A stretch of 64,000 bases of DNA from Octopus sinensis (GCF_006345805.1 NC_043004.1:76260001-76324000); one strand, 5' to 3'; counted from the stretch's first letter, positions 14,520 through 27,653 are shown. Numbers and translations: made by a program. Notes: a model not told the origin generated them from the letters alone.

Positions 14520-14608
14520 TATGTATATATACGTGCATATTTATGTGTGTGTGTCTATATATATACATATATGTGTATATTTATGTGTGCGTGAGAGAAA
14601 GACAGAGA

Positions 14609-14680
<72 letters not shown>

Positions 14681-14747
14681 GACAGACAGACGGACAGACA
14701 GTTTAAAAAATATGATGAACAGAAACTGCAGTACATACTACTTCACT

Positions 14748-14784
<37 letters not shown>

Positions 14785-14799
14785 GTGTGTGTGTATAAA

Positions 14800-15070
14800 G
14801 GGTAAAGACCCCCTTCGGTCATGAATGACCATGGGTTTGCACCTAGAGAGTTACCCTCTGAGGCACAAGTCTGGGCAAGGTTGTTTATGGAAGGCCAGCA
14901 GTCGCCCATGCATACCAGCCTCCCCTCTCCACGCCACCAGTGTTATCCAAGGGAAAGACAAAGGTCGATACCGCTTGGCACCTGTGACGTCGCAACTCAT
15001 TTCTACAGCTGAGTGAACTGGAGCAACGTGAAATAAAGTGTCTTGCTCAAGAACACAACACGCAGCCCGA
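14800..15070 (-). mobile_element. SINE family D body and tail, head truncated
   Basis: Reverse complement TGTGTTCTTGAGCAAGACACTTTATTTCACGTTGCTCCAGTTCACTCAGCTG; related segments at 25925-26070(+), 31570-31715(-), 59165-59465(-). Confidence 0.65.
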
Positions 15071-15099
15071 CATATATATATATATACATATATGTATAG

Positions 15100-15326
15100 A
15101 TTCTCTTTTTACCTGCTTCTGTCATTTGACTGCAGCCATGCTGGAGCACCGCCTTTAGTCGAACAAATCGACCCCAGGACTTATTCTTTGCAAGCCTAGT
15201 ACTTATTCTATCGATCCCTTTTGCCGAACCGCTAAGTTACGGGACGTAAACACACCAACATCGGTTGTCAAGTGATGGAGGGGGGACAAACACACACACA
15301 AATACATACATACATACATACATACA

Positions 15327-15359
<33 letters not shown>

Positions 15360-15527
15360 TCACGACAGGCTTCTTTCAGTTTCCGTCAACCAAATTCACT
15401 CACAAGGCTTTGGTCGGCCCGAGGCTATAGTAGAAAACACTTGCCCAAGGTGCCACGCAGTAGGACTGAACCCAGAATCATGTGGTTGGTAAGCAAGCTA
15501 ATTACCACATAGCCACTCCTGCGCCTA
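15100..15527 (-). mobile_element. SINE family A, full length with internal microsatellite
   Basis: Head, central (TATG)n and tail all present. Confidence 0.9.
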
Positions 15528-15531
15528 TAGG

Positions 15532-15591
<60 letters not shown>

Positions 15592-15679
15592 TATTATTTG
15601 AGACAAAACCACTATTTGCAAAACAAACAAGGAAAGACTTAATCAATACATAAAATTTAATAAATAGTCAAAAAAAACG

Positions 15680-15722
15680 CCACTACAATCGTTTCTTGTC
15701 TTGATCGACAATCTTCAGGTGG
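15680..15722 (-). ncRNA. Minimal type-I hammerhead ribozyme
   Basis: Reverse complement: CCAC CTGAAGA TTGTC gatcaa GACAA GAAAC gatt GTA GTGG. Confidence 0.85.
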
Positions 15723-17508
15723 ACTTCCAATCTAAAAAATCAAAATTTTAAAATATAAAAATAATACTTTTAAATAATTAAAGTATAAATGAAAAAATAT
15801 AAGTATATAATCCATATATAACCTATATATAATCCATATCGAAAATATAGACTAATTACCACGAATTCCCTAAAAAAACCATGAAAAACAAAACTCTTAA
15901 AAACATATAACGATAAAATCTCCCTTTGCTAAACTCTATAACAAACCTATAAAGTAAACCCCCTAACCTAAACATTCACACACAAATACACACACGTAAA
16001 CCACAGACTCACGACTTATACACATACCTATACTAACTTATAAACCTCAATATACACCAAAACCCACTCCCTCCCCACACAGACAAATTAACACATACAT
16101 CCCAAAACCTAAATAACAACCCATATACACATTCACACACAAAACACACACTCACACGCAAAACACTCACACACAAAAGATACATATACTCCCTCACATA
16201 TACGCCTATACATACTCACTAAACTCGACATATACAACAATACTTACACACCACAAAAAACATTATATACATTTATGAGCTTTAACTCACCTTAGCATCT
16301 CTAACAACAACTTGCAGTAAACCAATCCCATTCTCTATGCCTACCTCACTACTACACTATTCCATTCACATTCCAAGCAACGCTAGTCCACCACCCGGTT
16401 ATTCACGTGGCAAAACGAACACCACTCAAAAATTATGAATGAAACAATGTAAAAAAATAACCAACACCTAAAATAGACAAAATACCACGAATTACCTAAA
16501 AAAACCATGATAAACCAAAACTCATAAAAGCATATAACGATAAAATCTCCCTTAGCTAAAAGTTAGTATAGGTTTGTGTATAAGTCTTGGGTCTGTGGTT
16601 TACGTGTGGGTTTTTTGTGTGTGAATGTTTAGGTTAGGGGGATTGCTATATAAGTTTGTTATAGGGTTTAGCTAAGGGAGATTTTATCGTTATATGCTTT
16701 TATGAGTTTTGGTTTATCATGTTTTTTTTAGGTAATTCGTGGTATTTTGTCTATTTTAGGTGTTGGTTATTTTTTTACATTGTTTCATTCATAATTTTTG
16801 AGTGGTGTTCGTTTTGCCACGTGAATAACCGGGTGGTGGACTAGCGTTGCTTGGAATGTGAATGGAATAGTGTAGTAGTGAGGTAGGCATAGAGAATGGG
16901 ATTGGGTTACTGCAAGTTGTTTGTTAGAGATGCTAAGGTGAGTTAAAGCTCATAAATGTATATAATGTTTTTTGTGGGTGTGTAAGTATTGTTGTATATG
17001 TCGAGTTTAGTGAGTATGTATAGGCGTATATGTGAGGGAGTATATGTATCTTTTGTGTGTGAGTGTTTTGCGTGTGAGTGTGTGTTTTTGTGTGTGAATG
17101 TGTATATGGGTTTGTTATTTAGGTTTTGGGATGTATGTGTTAATTTGTCTGTGTGGGGAGGGAGTGGGTTTTGGTGTATATTGAGGTTTATAAGTTAGTA
17201 TAGTATGTGTATAAGTCGTGAGTCTGTGGTTTACGTGTGTGTATTTGTGTGTGAATGTTTAGGTTAGGGGGTTTACTTTATAGGTTTGTTATAGAGTTTA
17301 GCAAAGGGAGATTTTATCGTTATATGTTTTTAAGAGTTTTGTTTTATCATGGTTTTTTTAGGGAATTCGTGGTAATTAGTCTATATTTTCGATATGGATT
17401 ATATATAGGTTATAATATTGATTATATACTTATATTTTTTCATTTATACTTTAATTATTTAAAAGTATATTTTTATATTTTAAAATTTTGATTTTTTAGA
17501 TTGGAAGT

Positions 17509-17551
17509 CCACCTGAAGATTGTCGATCAAGACAAGAAACGATTGTAGTGG
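17509..17551 (+). ncRNA. Minimal type-I hammerhead ribozyme
   Basis: Stem I CCAC/GTGG, core CTGAAGA, stem II TTGTC/GACAA, GAAA, stem III AC-gatt-GT, cleavage triplet GTA (17545-17547). Confidence 0.85.
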
Positions 17552-17722
17552 CGGTTTTTTGACTATTTATTAAATTTTATGTATTGATTAGTCTTTCCTT
17601 GTTTGTTTTGCAAAATAGTGGTTTTGTCTCAAATAATATTTTATAATATTTTACTATAAAATTGGATTTAATCCTAAATCTGATTTTTTTTCCCTGTAAA
17701 TTTGGATATATTCCCTAATATT

Positions 17723-17763
<41 letters not shown>

Positions 17764-17909
17764 GCATTATTTATTCATAAGTAATAACACGTAGTAAAAG
17801 GTTTCGTTCAATCAACTTCAAAACTGTTGCCACTTGTTAGGTGGAATTCACTGAGATGTGCAACCAAAGAGAATCAGCTTTAACGGACTTTAGTGCTTAG
17901 TTATCATGG

Positions 17910-17956
<47 letters not shown>

Positions 17957-17980
17957 TGCATACATACATACATACATACA

Positions 17981-18012
<32 letters not shown>

Positions 18013-18014
18013 AA

Positions 18015-18190
18015 TGGCGACGAACTGGCAGAGTTGTTAGCACATCGGATAAAATGCGTAGCGTTATTTCTTTCGGCTCTATATATTCTGATTTCAAATC
18101 CCGCCGAGGTCAACTTTGCCTTTCATTCTTTCGGGGTCGATAAAATAAAGTACCAGTTAAGTACTGGGTTCACTCCATCCCTTAAAATTA
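18015..18190 (+). mobile_element. SINE family B
   Basis: GGCGACGAACTGGCAGAG...GAGGTCAACTTTGCCTTTCATTCTTTCGGGGTCGATAAAATAAAGTACCAG. Confidence 0.8.
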
Positions 18191-19139
18191 CCCACCCTGT
18201 CCCCGTCCCTTAAAATTCCTGACCTTGAACTAACAACCAATTAGCGTCCCACCCCAGGGCCCCCAAACTTATTCAAGCTTATGAAGCAACCCAAATGTGC
18301 CGTCCCCATGAAAGTATCACTCTTGTAGACCGCCCCGCCTCTTGCTACGCTACTGGACTGATCAATCGTCCTCTTTCACAGAATTAAAATGGTTTTAAAC
18401 TTAAATCTTATTCAACACCAAGACGTCGGAAGAAGAACATAGATGCAATTCTTGTTTGTCTTTCCAAAGCTAAAGAGAAGAATGGCAAACTATTCCGTTA
18501 TATTTCAGGCTGTTCGTCTGTTTGCAAAGCATTGGCTGAGCGCAATATTAAATGCAACCTCATCCAGGATATGTTATTTCAAATATACATTGATCATCAA
18601 TGCATTTTATAGTTATCCAAAATAGAGAAGGTGACATATGTTCACTGTGAACATATGTCACAGGTTGAACAGCGACTTTGGGGGTTTCAGCTAAGCCTTC
18701 TCTACAAAAAATTGATTATGAAAGATAAATAAATGATCTCTATCTACCACGACGATCTGATTGTTCATTTTAGTTAAGGAGTATCGTCTGCCTTTCTTAT
18801 TGCCAATATGTGACCCACGTACAAACAATATGGAAGTAGACAGTGCACGACAGCAAAATACTCGCGTACATAATGATAAAAATGTAGAGTTTGGAGATAA
18901 AGATTAGAGCAATGTGGTATCTCAAAGCAACAATTATCCATTGTTATTGGAACAAATATGTAGAGCAAATTCCTGGCAGCTCCAAAATAAGTGAAATGGA
19001 AAATTTCACATAATTTACGTAAATTCCTCTCCCCGTAAATACAATCTTATTCATTCGTTTTTGTTATAAATTTTATAAAAAGATGTTTTTTTTTCTTATG
19101 ACTGATAAATAAAGTTTTCAGTTGCTTGGTATCTCACCT

Positions 19140-19671
19140 GTTTAGTGGCTTGCTCTGATGTAGTGCTAGGCAGTGGCTCTCATGGCTTCTGATCTTAGCT
19201 GTATCTTGTTTTGTCTTGGTATAAAAGATAGGCTACAACAAATCTGCTCAGTACCACAGATTTGCTTGTCAGTAGTTTGACCTTAACCAATTGAGCATGT
19301 CCCTTAATGGCTGATGATATGTGCATCTCTGATCACGAGCAGAAGTAGTGGCCATATGTTGAGAGGAATTCTTTGGGGTTTGGATAATTCACCTTTGGAA
19401 ACATAGTTATTTCGTTCAACATCCTTAAACAACCCTTATTCAGGAACCTTTTGAGGGGGATGGACTACTCGACCTGAAGAAAATTCTAACTAGGCCCTAC
19501 CTGCAAGGTCATGCACTATTTATCTTGATGTGAAATCACTATGTCGCATACATATGGTTGTGGTGCATGTGCCTGGTGTACCCTTATCAGAAGGGTAGCC
19601 GTGATGGCTATACTAGGCTTCATATATTTTACTCCAGTGTCACTTTGATGACATGCACTGCTCTCTCACTC

Positions 19672-19715
<44 letters not shown>

Positions 19716-19737
19716 TAATAATAATAATAATAATAAC
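19140..19737 (+). mobile_element. Probable LINE 3' UTR fragment ending in an (AAT)n tail
   Basis: Complex non-coding block ending GCACTGCTCTCTCACTC(AAT)n; single copy here, so the assignment is inferred. Confidence 0.45.
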
Positions 19738-19899
19738 GAGAATCCTTTCTTGTTTTGGTACAAGGGGCCTGAAATTTTGGGGCAGGGCACTAACTGATGA
19801 CATCAACGCAATTACTCAACTGGTACTTTATTTTGCCGACTCCGGATGTGAACTCAGAGCGTAAAGACGGACGAAGTGCCACTAACGATAATGGCACAT

Positions 19900-20065
19900 C
19901 AGAGCCGGCCTTAGAGTTGCTGGCGCCCCCGGCAAGCTGGACTTCGGTGCCCTTACAAGTATAATTTTTTGAAACTTTCACAAGGGGAAAAACTGAAATG
20001 TAGACTAAGAAGCACATGGTGCTCCGGGCGACTGCCCGAAGTGCCGGTACCTTGTGCCGGCCCTG
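19900..20065. mobile_element. hAT-like MITE
   Basis: TIR CAGAGCCGGC / GCCGGCCCTG; 8-bp flanks TGGCACAT and TGCCAGAT (6/8 match). Confidence 0.65.
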
Positions 20066-20099
20066 TGCCAGATCGCTGACTTAATAATTCATCCTATAA

Positions 20100-20303
20100 T
20101 AAGCAGAAGGCCTGAAATTTTGGGGGGAGAGGGACAGTCGATTACATCGACCCCAGTGCGTAACTGGTACTTATTTCATCGACCCCGAAAGGACAAAAGG
20201 CAGAATCGACCTCGCCAGAATTTGAACGCAGGACGCAAAGACGGACGAAATGCCGCAAAACACTTTGCTTGGTGTGCCAATGATTCTGCCAGTTTCGCTG
20301 CCT
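20100..20303 (-). mobile_element. SINE family B
   Basis: Matches the 12310-12522 copy. Confidence 0.8.
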
Positions 20304-20315
20304 TAAATCGCTGTC

Positions 20316-20409
<94 letters not shown>

Positions 20410-21097
20410 CAATAATAACAGTAACAGCAACAACAACGACGACGACGACGATGATGATGATGATGATAATGATATAATCACAGTTTGGTGTTCACACATC
20501 CCGACTTTGTTTTTCATAATAATCTTAATAATTCATGTTTTTGAATGAAATTTTACGTTTTCGGAGGTGTAAATTGTATCGACGAAAGTTCTCAAACATT
20601 AAATATCTTATTTATTTATGTTACGCAGCATAAAAAAAAACACATCTATGACATTGATATCTATTATCAACGTTAATTTGGTAGACACAATGGAAACTAT
20701 GGCCCACTTTCCGTCTGGCCTACTTTGAATAGAGATCGAAAAGGTCGTGTAACGAAAGCTTTAAACAAAGCAGTCTACTACAGATCGAAAATATTCTGGT
20801 CGATATCTTGCCATGCGTTTTGTTTGCCTTATTTCATGTTATGTTGAATAATGATCGTGAGCAGTAATGGGGGTGGGGGTGTTTTAAGAACTAGAGGGTA
20901 CGCTAAAGTACATGAGAGTGAGATTTGGCAAGAAGTGGGTTTTGGACGTTATAAGTAACATCACCGAACTGTGTCGGCTGAAACGAAAGGGAATGCTGTG
21001 CTCCTGCGACACTCCACCCATTTACGTTGCCGGCAATGTATTGAAAGGTTTAAAAAGCTATAGATTTTTTTCTTTCAGGATAAATAAATAAATAATA

Positions 21098-21510
21098 GGT
21101 GCGGGTGTGGTTGTGAGGTAAGAGGTTTCCTTCCCAACCACATGGTTCGGGGTTCAGTTTCACTACGTGGCACCTTCGGCGAGTGTTATCTGCTTGAATT
21201 TGGTAGACGAAAACTGAAATAAGCCCGTTGTGTATACATATATATATTTCTTTATTGCCTACAGGAGGCTAAACATAGAGGGGACAAACAAGGACAGACA
21301 AAGGGATTAAGTCGATTATATCGACCCCAGTGCGTAACTGGTACTTATTTAATCGACTCCGAAAGGATAAAAGGCAAAGTCGACCACGGTGGAATTTGAA
21401 CTCAGAACGTAACGGCCGACGAAATACCGCTAAGTATTTCGCCCGGCGTGCTAACGATTCTTTTCTACTCTAGGCACAAGGCCCGAAATTTTGGGGGAGA
21501 GGGCCAGTCG
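21098..21510. mobile_element. SINE A head (+) followed by SINE B (-)
   Basis: 21098-21232 family A; 21245-21510 family B. Confidence 0.8.
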
Positions 21511-22879
21511 ATAAGACCTGTTATTTTGTATACATGACGTACTTGTCGTACGTGAATTTGTGACTGTAATGCTGCAGCCTGGGTCACTTGTACAGGAGTT
21601 CTCGCAGGTTGTATATTCGCTGTTAATCATGGTGAAGTAATTCACAAACAGTGCTATTCTGTACTTTGTATACAGTGTTATTCTGTATACATGACGCACA
21701 TACAGACACTCATGTTAATCTACCAATAAATATCCTCTTAAACATTCTACTCGGTTGTGTCTCTCTCTTTCCCCTCTGGTACATACAAATTATTATTCAA
21801 GCCTTCTGAACGGAGTCATTAGATGGTTTCACAACGTGAGACGACGACCATCTATTGTTATTTTAGATTTGCGGCCAAGTACCGAAATTATCTCATATCT
21901 CGCTACACCCTGTTGCCTTGAACACTTACACCTCTGAGATGTCTGTTGCTTTATGTGTGACCACGGAATAAACTCAGATGTTTATTCGCATAAAAAAAGC
22001 AAAAAAAAACCTCCAAAAACACTGCCCCGTGAAATTTATCTTTGCATCCAAATAAACACTTATATCTGAACCTTCTTACATACACACTATCCTAGCCAAT
22101 GTGGTATCGTCTTCCTACTTTCCTTCTTGTTACACTTTCTTAAGTTTTAAAACAAAATACTTTCTTTCGCAGCCTTACTGCCAAGCAGACGGTCAGTCAA
22201 ACTAAGCCTATTCCAAGAAGAGGAAAATCAAACATACAAGCAAACAAGACAAACGAAACGTGTTTACGCACAACGATATACAAGTGTGTGCTGATGTGTT
22301 TGTAGATTTGAATACAACGAAAATAGGATGAACAAGCGATAGACAAGGAATAAAGCGAAACGGGAAAAGACCAAAGGATCGAAACATATAAGCAGGAGGC
22401 AGCAGACGCTCAGACGAACAAATACGATAAACAGACAAACAGGGCGACTGTCTTTGATGTGGTTTTCACTTCAACCAGGTGAGAAGTAACTCTGTTGTTA
22501 GACTGTTAATTAGCCAAAGCAGCTGACGATGACGACCTCATTAATATTCAGAACCAGATACCATGCGTTCCCGCTAAGATTATGTGACATAATCACGTTT
22601 ATTGTGACAAGACCCGCGGACCCAACACCCGACAGTGAACAATTTCACGGCTATCACACATCTTACACAACATTGTGGTGCACACAAACACATGTACACG
22701 CAAGGCACACACACACACACACACACACACATACATGCATTTATACATGTACGTAAATATATATATATGCATGTGTGTAAGTGTATACACACACACGCGC
22801 ACACACACATATTTGTGCTGCAAGACTCCTATATATGTGTGTGTGTGTATGTGTGTGTATTCTTTTATTCTTTATATAT

Positions 22880-23104
22880 TTTTCTTGTTTCAGTCATTTA
22901 ATTGCAGTCATGCTGGAACACCGCCATAAAGGGTTTTAGTCGAAGAAATCGACCCCAGGATTTATTCTATGTATGCCTAATATTTATTCTATCGGTCTCT
23001 TTTGCCGAACCGCTAAGTTACAGAGACATAAATACACTAGTATCGGTTGTCAAGCGATGGCGGGAAGACAAACACAGATAGATGCAAATAAGTACATACA
23101 AACG

Positions 23105-23156
<52 letters not shown>

Positions 23157-23672
23157 ATATATATATAAGTATGTATGTATGTATGTATCTATAAATTCAT
23201 AAAAGAATATAAGGATAAAAATCACGTTAATGATTTTTTTATCAAGTAGTCAGCATGCTATAAATATTTATAGGCAATTTATATATTAAATTAATAATAA
23301 TGTACATATGTATAGTATGTATATATGTGGAAATAGCACAGCGGTAAGTCTAAGACATTTCAATTTAAAAGGGAATTTAATAAGAATGATTTTAAAAGAT
23401 TACATAAAGGAAATATTACCGGTTTCGATGTAATTCATCTTGTCAAATATCAATAAAAAATTTATAAAAATTTGAAGTAAAACAGATTACTTCTGTCTGA
23501 GGATCAAGAACATATATAATATATACGACAGGCTTCTTTCAGTTTCCATCACCCAAATCCGCTCACAAGGCTTTAATCGACCCGAGGCTATAGTAGAAGA
23601 CACTTACCCAATATGCCACGTACTGGGATTGAACCTGGGACCATGTGGTTGGGAAGCAAACTTCTTACCACG
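22880..23672 (-). mobile_element. SINE A split by a Penelope-like repeat inserted in its central (TA)n
   Basis: Tail 22880-23080 and head 23524-23672, with an unrelated HHR-bearing block at ~23190-23510 between them. Confidence 0.75.
23412..23451 (-). ncRNA. Minimal hammerhead ribozyme, U3:A8 core variant
   Basis: Reverse complement: GATAT TTGACAA GATG aatta CATC GAAAC cg GTA ATATT; palindromic ACCGGT stem III. Confidence 0.7.
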
Positions 23673-23994
23673 CCTTACAGACACAAAACTTTTTAAAATG
23701 TAACATTTCCGCTTGCTTGCTTTTGTAAGACTATTTGAAAAAGGTGAAAAATCCGAAACATCGAATTCACTGTCAATTATTTTCTTGTAAAAGTTTCATA
23801 AATGTGTACTAAAAAGCATTTGAATAATCGTTGAATTTAATGCTAAATTATTTGTAGCTTTAGACCTTCGGAGGATAAAGTCTGAGTCATTTTATATTTG
23901 CCGTAAATATAATCTATATTAGATTTTGGGTGGTGTATTCTAAACGCAATCATTATTTTCTGTTTTACAACTTAGTCTTCTGAGTTCATTTAGC

Positions 23995-24330
23995 ATCAAG
24001 TTAAGAATATCATGACTATAACTTATTACTGGGACAGCTAATGTATTAACACCTGTTTCTTATTTGTAGAATACAGCTTTGTTTTAAATATTCATCAAAT
24101 GTATCAATATTCCTGCTAAACATTTTCTTTCACTTGTGTATATTATATAGTGTCTGATTCTATGATTCCAAGTATCTTTTGGTCTGTGCTTCGTCTAATT
24201 ATCTTCTATCTCTTTGCTTATCTAGCACAATATTTGTGTGCTGAATTAATTTCCCTTCTTTTTTCACGGTTACCTTGAGCATTTTTCCGCTTCAAATCTC
24301 AGTTGCTCGAATAAATCCATATATTGTCTG
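23995..24330 (-). mobile_element. R4/Dong-like LINE RT C-terminal fragment
   Basis: RYLGIIESDTI ... GVNTLAVPVISYSHDILN, with stops and frameshifts. Confidence 0.65.
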
Positions 24331-24877
24331 CAGCAGAGTTTCTAGTTAGTTATTATCTACAGCATAGAATATTTGTATACAAAAGGTGCTTTTAATTTCT
24401 TTCAGTAGCGTTTGTATTCTAGTTTGGTCTGGTTTAACATGTTGGTTGAAGCTGTTAGAAAAAGAATGGAGAAACAAAGTCTTGTAATATTTCTCTTCTA
24501 ATGAAGTTACGATTATCAGTTTTCATAATTCCTTTCTTTTTTTAGGATTAATTAAGGCACGTGGCCTTAAAATTGCTGACCTTGTGCCGATAATAGAAAT
24601 AATTATTTTGATTGTTCTTATTATCGCCTACATTCTCACCGCTCAGAAACAGTAACGAACGGGTAAAGTTACCGATAACATGAGATTAATTTATTATTCG
24701 ACTGTCTCTGAAAATATTTGTATAAGTACAATGCTGATTTTATGGGAGTGTGGATGTGTATATATGAAGGTGTGTATGTGTGTGTGAGAGAGAAAGAGAG
24801 ACAAGAAAGGGAAAGAGAAAAAGAGAGAAAGAGAGAGAGAATGAGTAGCGAATGTGTACTGAGGTGAATATATGTGC

Positions 24878-24955
<78 letters not shown>

Positions 24956-25022
24956 TATATATAGATAGATAGATAGATATTTATATAGTACACATACACA
25001 CGCACACATACATGAATAAATT

Positions 25023-25066
<44 letters not shown>

Positions 25067-25494
25067 CATAGATACGCGAGTATATCTGTGAGTGTATCTG
25101 TGTGTGTATATAATGTGTGTATGTGTGTGTACATATATACATACATACATACATACATACATACACACACAACCCATGTTTTCACTGATGCGCTGAGATA
25201 CGTTGGTGCACATGGAGATACGAACTCACGCGAACAAACGTGCGCCTACGATATCTACACACACACAAACACACACAAACACCCCCCCCCCCACACACAC
25301 ACACTGCTGCATATATTCAGAAGCAGACACACCCTCGCGCTAGTTCCATTGATAGGAGTGCAGCAGATGGCGCTTGGTATCAGAGCATTTCCGCTGTTGC
25401 ACAGTAAATATATTTAGAAAGTTAGCTTTTTCTTTCATTGCGGTTCAGCTTGATCAAACAACAAAAAGAAATGACTTCAAAAGTATAGTTATTG

Positions 25495-25872
25495 TTGTTG
25501 CTGTTGCTGTTGAGCGTAGCGGTCTTCGTCCCATTAGTGGGAGAAGTCCGCAACGTGGTCCTTTGCTATTCGTAAGACCCGCAAAAGAGAAAGCAGGTCA
25601 ACCCCCGACACCGAGAGCATCGACGGATGGATGAATGCGCATCCAGGCTCAGCGGTTGCGTAGGACGTCGGGGACAAGAAACAGGAAGAAAGAGTGAGAG
25701 AAAGTTGGAGCGAAAGAGTACAACAGGGGTCGCCACCACTCCCTGCCGGAGCCTCGTGGAGCTTTAAGTGTTTTCGCTCAATAAACACACACAATGCCCG
25801 GTCTGGGAATCGAAACCGCGATCTTCCGACCGCGAGTCCGCTGCCCTAACCACTGGGCCATTGCGCCTCCAC
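25495..25872 (-). mobile_element. SINE family C, tail type 1
   Basis: Closely similar to 13091-13485. Confidence 0.9.
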
Positions 25873-26223
25873 TGTTGATGCTGCCTGAAGCCATCCAAGG
25901 ATCCAGTGAGATTTATGATCAGGTGAAGGTGTGTGGCTCAGCGGTTAAGGTGTTCGGCTCAAGATCGTTAGGTCGTGTGTTCAATTCATGGCGGCACGTT
26001 ATGTCCCTCAACAAATCCCTTTATTTCGCGTTTCTCCAGTTCACTCTGCTGGCAAAAAGAAGTTATACCTGTAAGTTGAATTTAATGCTAAATTGTTTGT
26101 ACTTTCAGACCTTCAGAGGATAAAGTCGGAGCCATCTTATATTTGTCGTAAATATAACCTATGTTAGATTTTGGGTGGTGTATCCTAAATGCAATTATTA
26201 TTATATGTGCCTATAATTGAAAT

Positions 26224-26690
26224 TGGAGGCACATGGGCTAGTGGTTAGAGCAGCGTTCGCGATCGAGGGATCGCGGGTTCGAATCTCAGACCGGGCGATG
26301 TATGTGTTTATGAGCGAAACACCTAAGCTCCACGCAGTCCCGGCAGAAGGTAATGGCGAACTTTTGCTGACTCTTTCGCCTCAACTTTCTCTCACTCTTT
26401 CCTCCTGCATCTTGCAGCTCACCAGCGACGGACCGGCGTTCCGTCCAGGTGAGGAACCTATACACCAAAGAAAACGGGAAATCGGCTCTTATGAGCCAGG
26501 CGTGGCTCGAGAAGGAACAAACAACATAATTGAAAGGGTCAGCATTGTAACATTCTGTGCCATGCTGAATCTCTCTGAGAACTACGTTAAGAATACGTGT
26601 CTGTGGAGTACTCAGCCACTTGCACGCTAATTTCACAAGTGGGTTTTTCCGTTGATTGAATCAACTGGAACACTCAGTGTCGTAACCAGG
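26224..26690 (+). mobile_element. SINE family C with tail type 2, followed by a tail-3 module
   Basis: Head GGAGGCACATGGGCTAGTGGTTAGAGC; tail GGCTCGAGAAGGAACAAACAAC; then GAACTACGTTAAG..CGTGTCTGTGGAGTACTCAGCC. Confidence 0.8.
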
Positions 26691-26709
26691 GACTTATGAT
26701 CAAAGATAT

Positions 26710-27120
26710 CCATTTCTTTATTGCCCACAGGAGGCTAAACATAGAGGAGACAAAGACAGTCAAAGGGATTTAGTCGATTACATCGATCCCAGTACGTAAC
26801 TGGTACTTATTTAATCGACCCGAAAGAATGAAAGGCAAAGTCGACCTCGGCGGAATTTGAATTCAGGACGTAGCGGCAGACGAAATCCTATTTCTTTACT
26901 ACCCACAAGGGGCTAAACACAGAGGGGACAAACTAGGACAGACAAACGGATTAAGTCGATTACATCACCTCAGTGCGTAACTGGTACTTAATTTATCGAC
27001 CCCGAAAAGATGAAAGGCAAAGTCGACCTTAGCGGAGTTTGAGCTCAGAACGTAACGGCAGACGAAATACGGCTAAGTATTTCGTCCAGCGTGCTAACGA
27101 TTCTCCCAGCTCGCCGCCCT
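26710..27120 (-). mobile_element. Dimeric SINE B with 16-bp TSD
   Basis: Two tandem units flanked by TTATGATCAAAGATAT (26694-26709 and 27121-27136). Confidence 0.9.
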
Positions 27121-27461
27121 TTATGATCAAAGATATTGCAGTCATAATGATCTCGTCTTCTTATTGGTTACATGTGGAGGCGCAATGGCTCAGTGGTTAA
27201 GGCAGCGGACTCACGGTCGTGGGATCACGGTTTCGATTCCTAGACCGGGCGTTGTGAATGTTTATTGAGCAAAAGCCCCAAAAGCTCAACTATATAAAGT
27301 AGTTGTATGCTGTCAACTTAATATGACAGTCCCATGAAGGGAATAATACTACTGCTATTTAGCCCTAGGAAGCAGCACCACTTCCTGTCAGCCTTGACAT
27401 ATTTCCTGTGTCCTTATGTTTACAAGGGGGAGACAAGAACCTCCACCCAGCTAAGCTTGGA

Positions 27462-27504
27462 CCCAGAGACTAGTTTCTGAGTCTTCCCTCGTCATCAGTC
27501 TGGG
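27462..27504 (-). ncRNA. Minimal type-I hammerhead ribozyme
   Basis: Reverse complement: CCCAGA CTGATGA c GAG ggaaga CTC a GAAAC ta GTC TCTGGG; 6-bp stem I, palindromic ACTAGT, GTC site. Confidence 0.8.
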
Positions 27505-27653
27505 GTAGCATGGCCTGCTAGTTGGAGATGCTTGTCTAGCCCCTGTAAACATCTATGAATTCTAGTGAAATACATTCACTGATTTCAAGAATAGAAATAA
27601 TACATTTCTAAATCTCTCTAGATAGACATCTCCAACTAGGAAACCATGCTACT

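Larger units (their letters stand above)
15588..17730. mobile_element. Large fold-back element in (TA)n: inverted Penelope-like terminal repeats, ~970 bp arms
   Basis: 15588-16560 is the near-identical reverse complement of 16668-17640; an HHR in each arm; (TA)n on both flanks. Confidence 0.85.
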
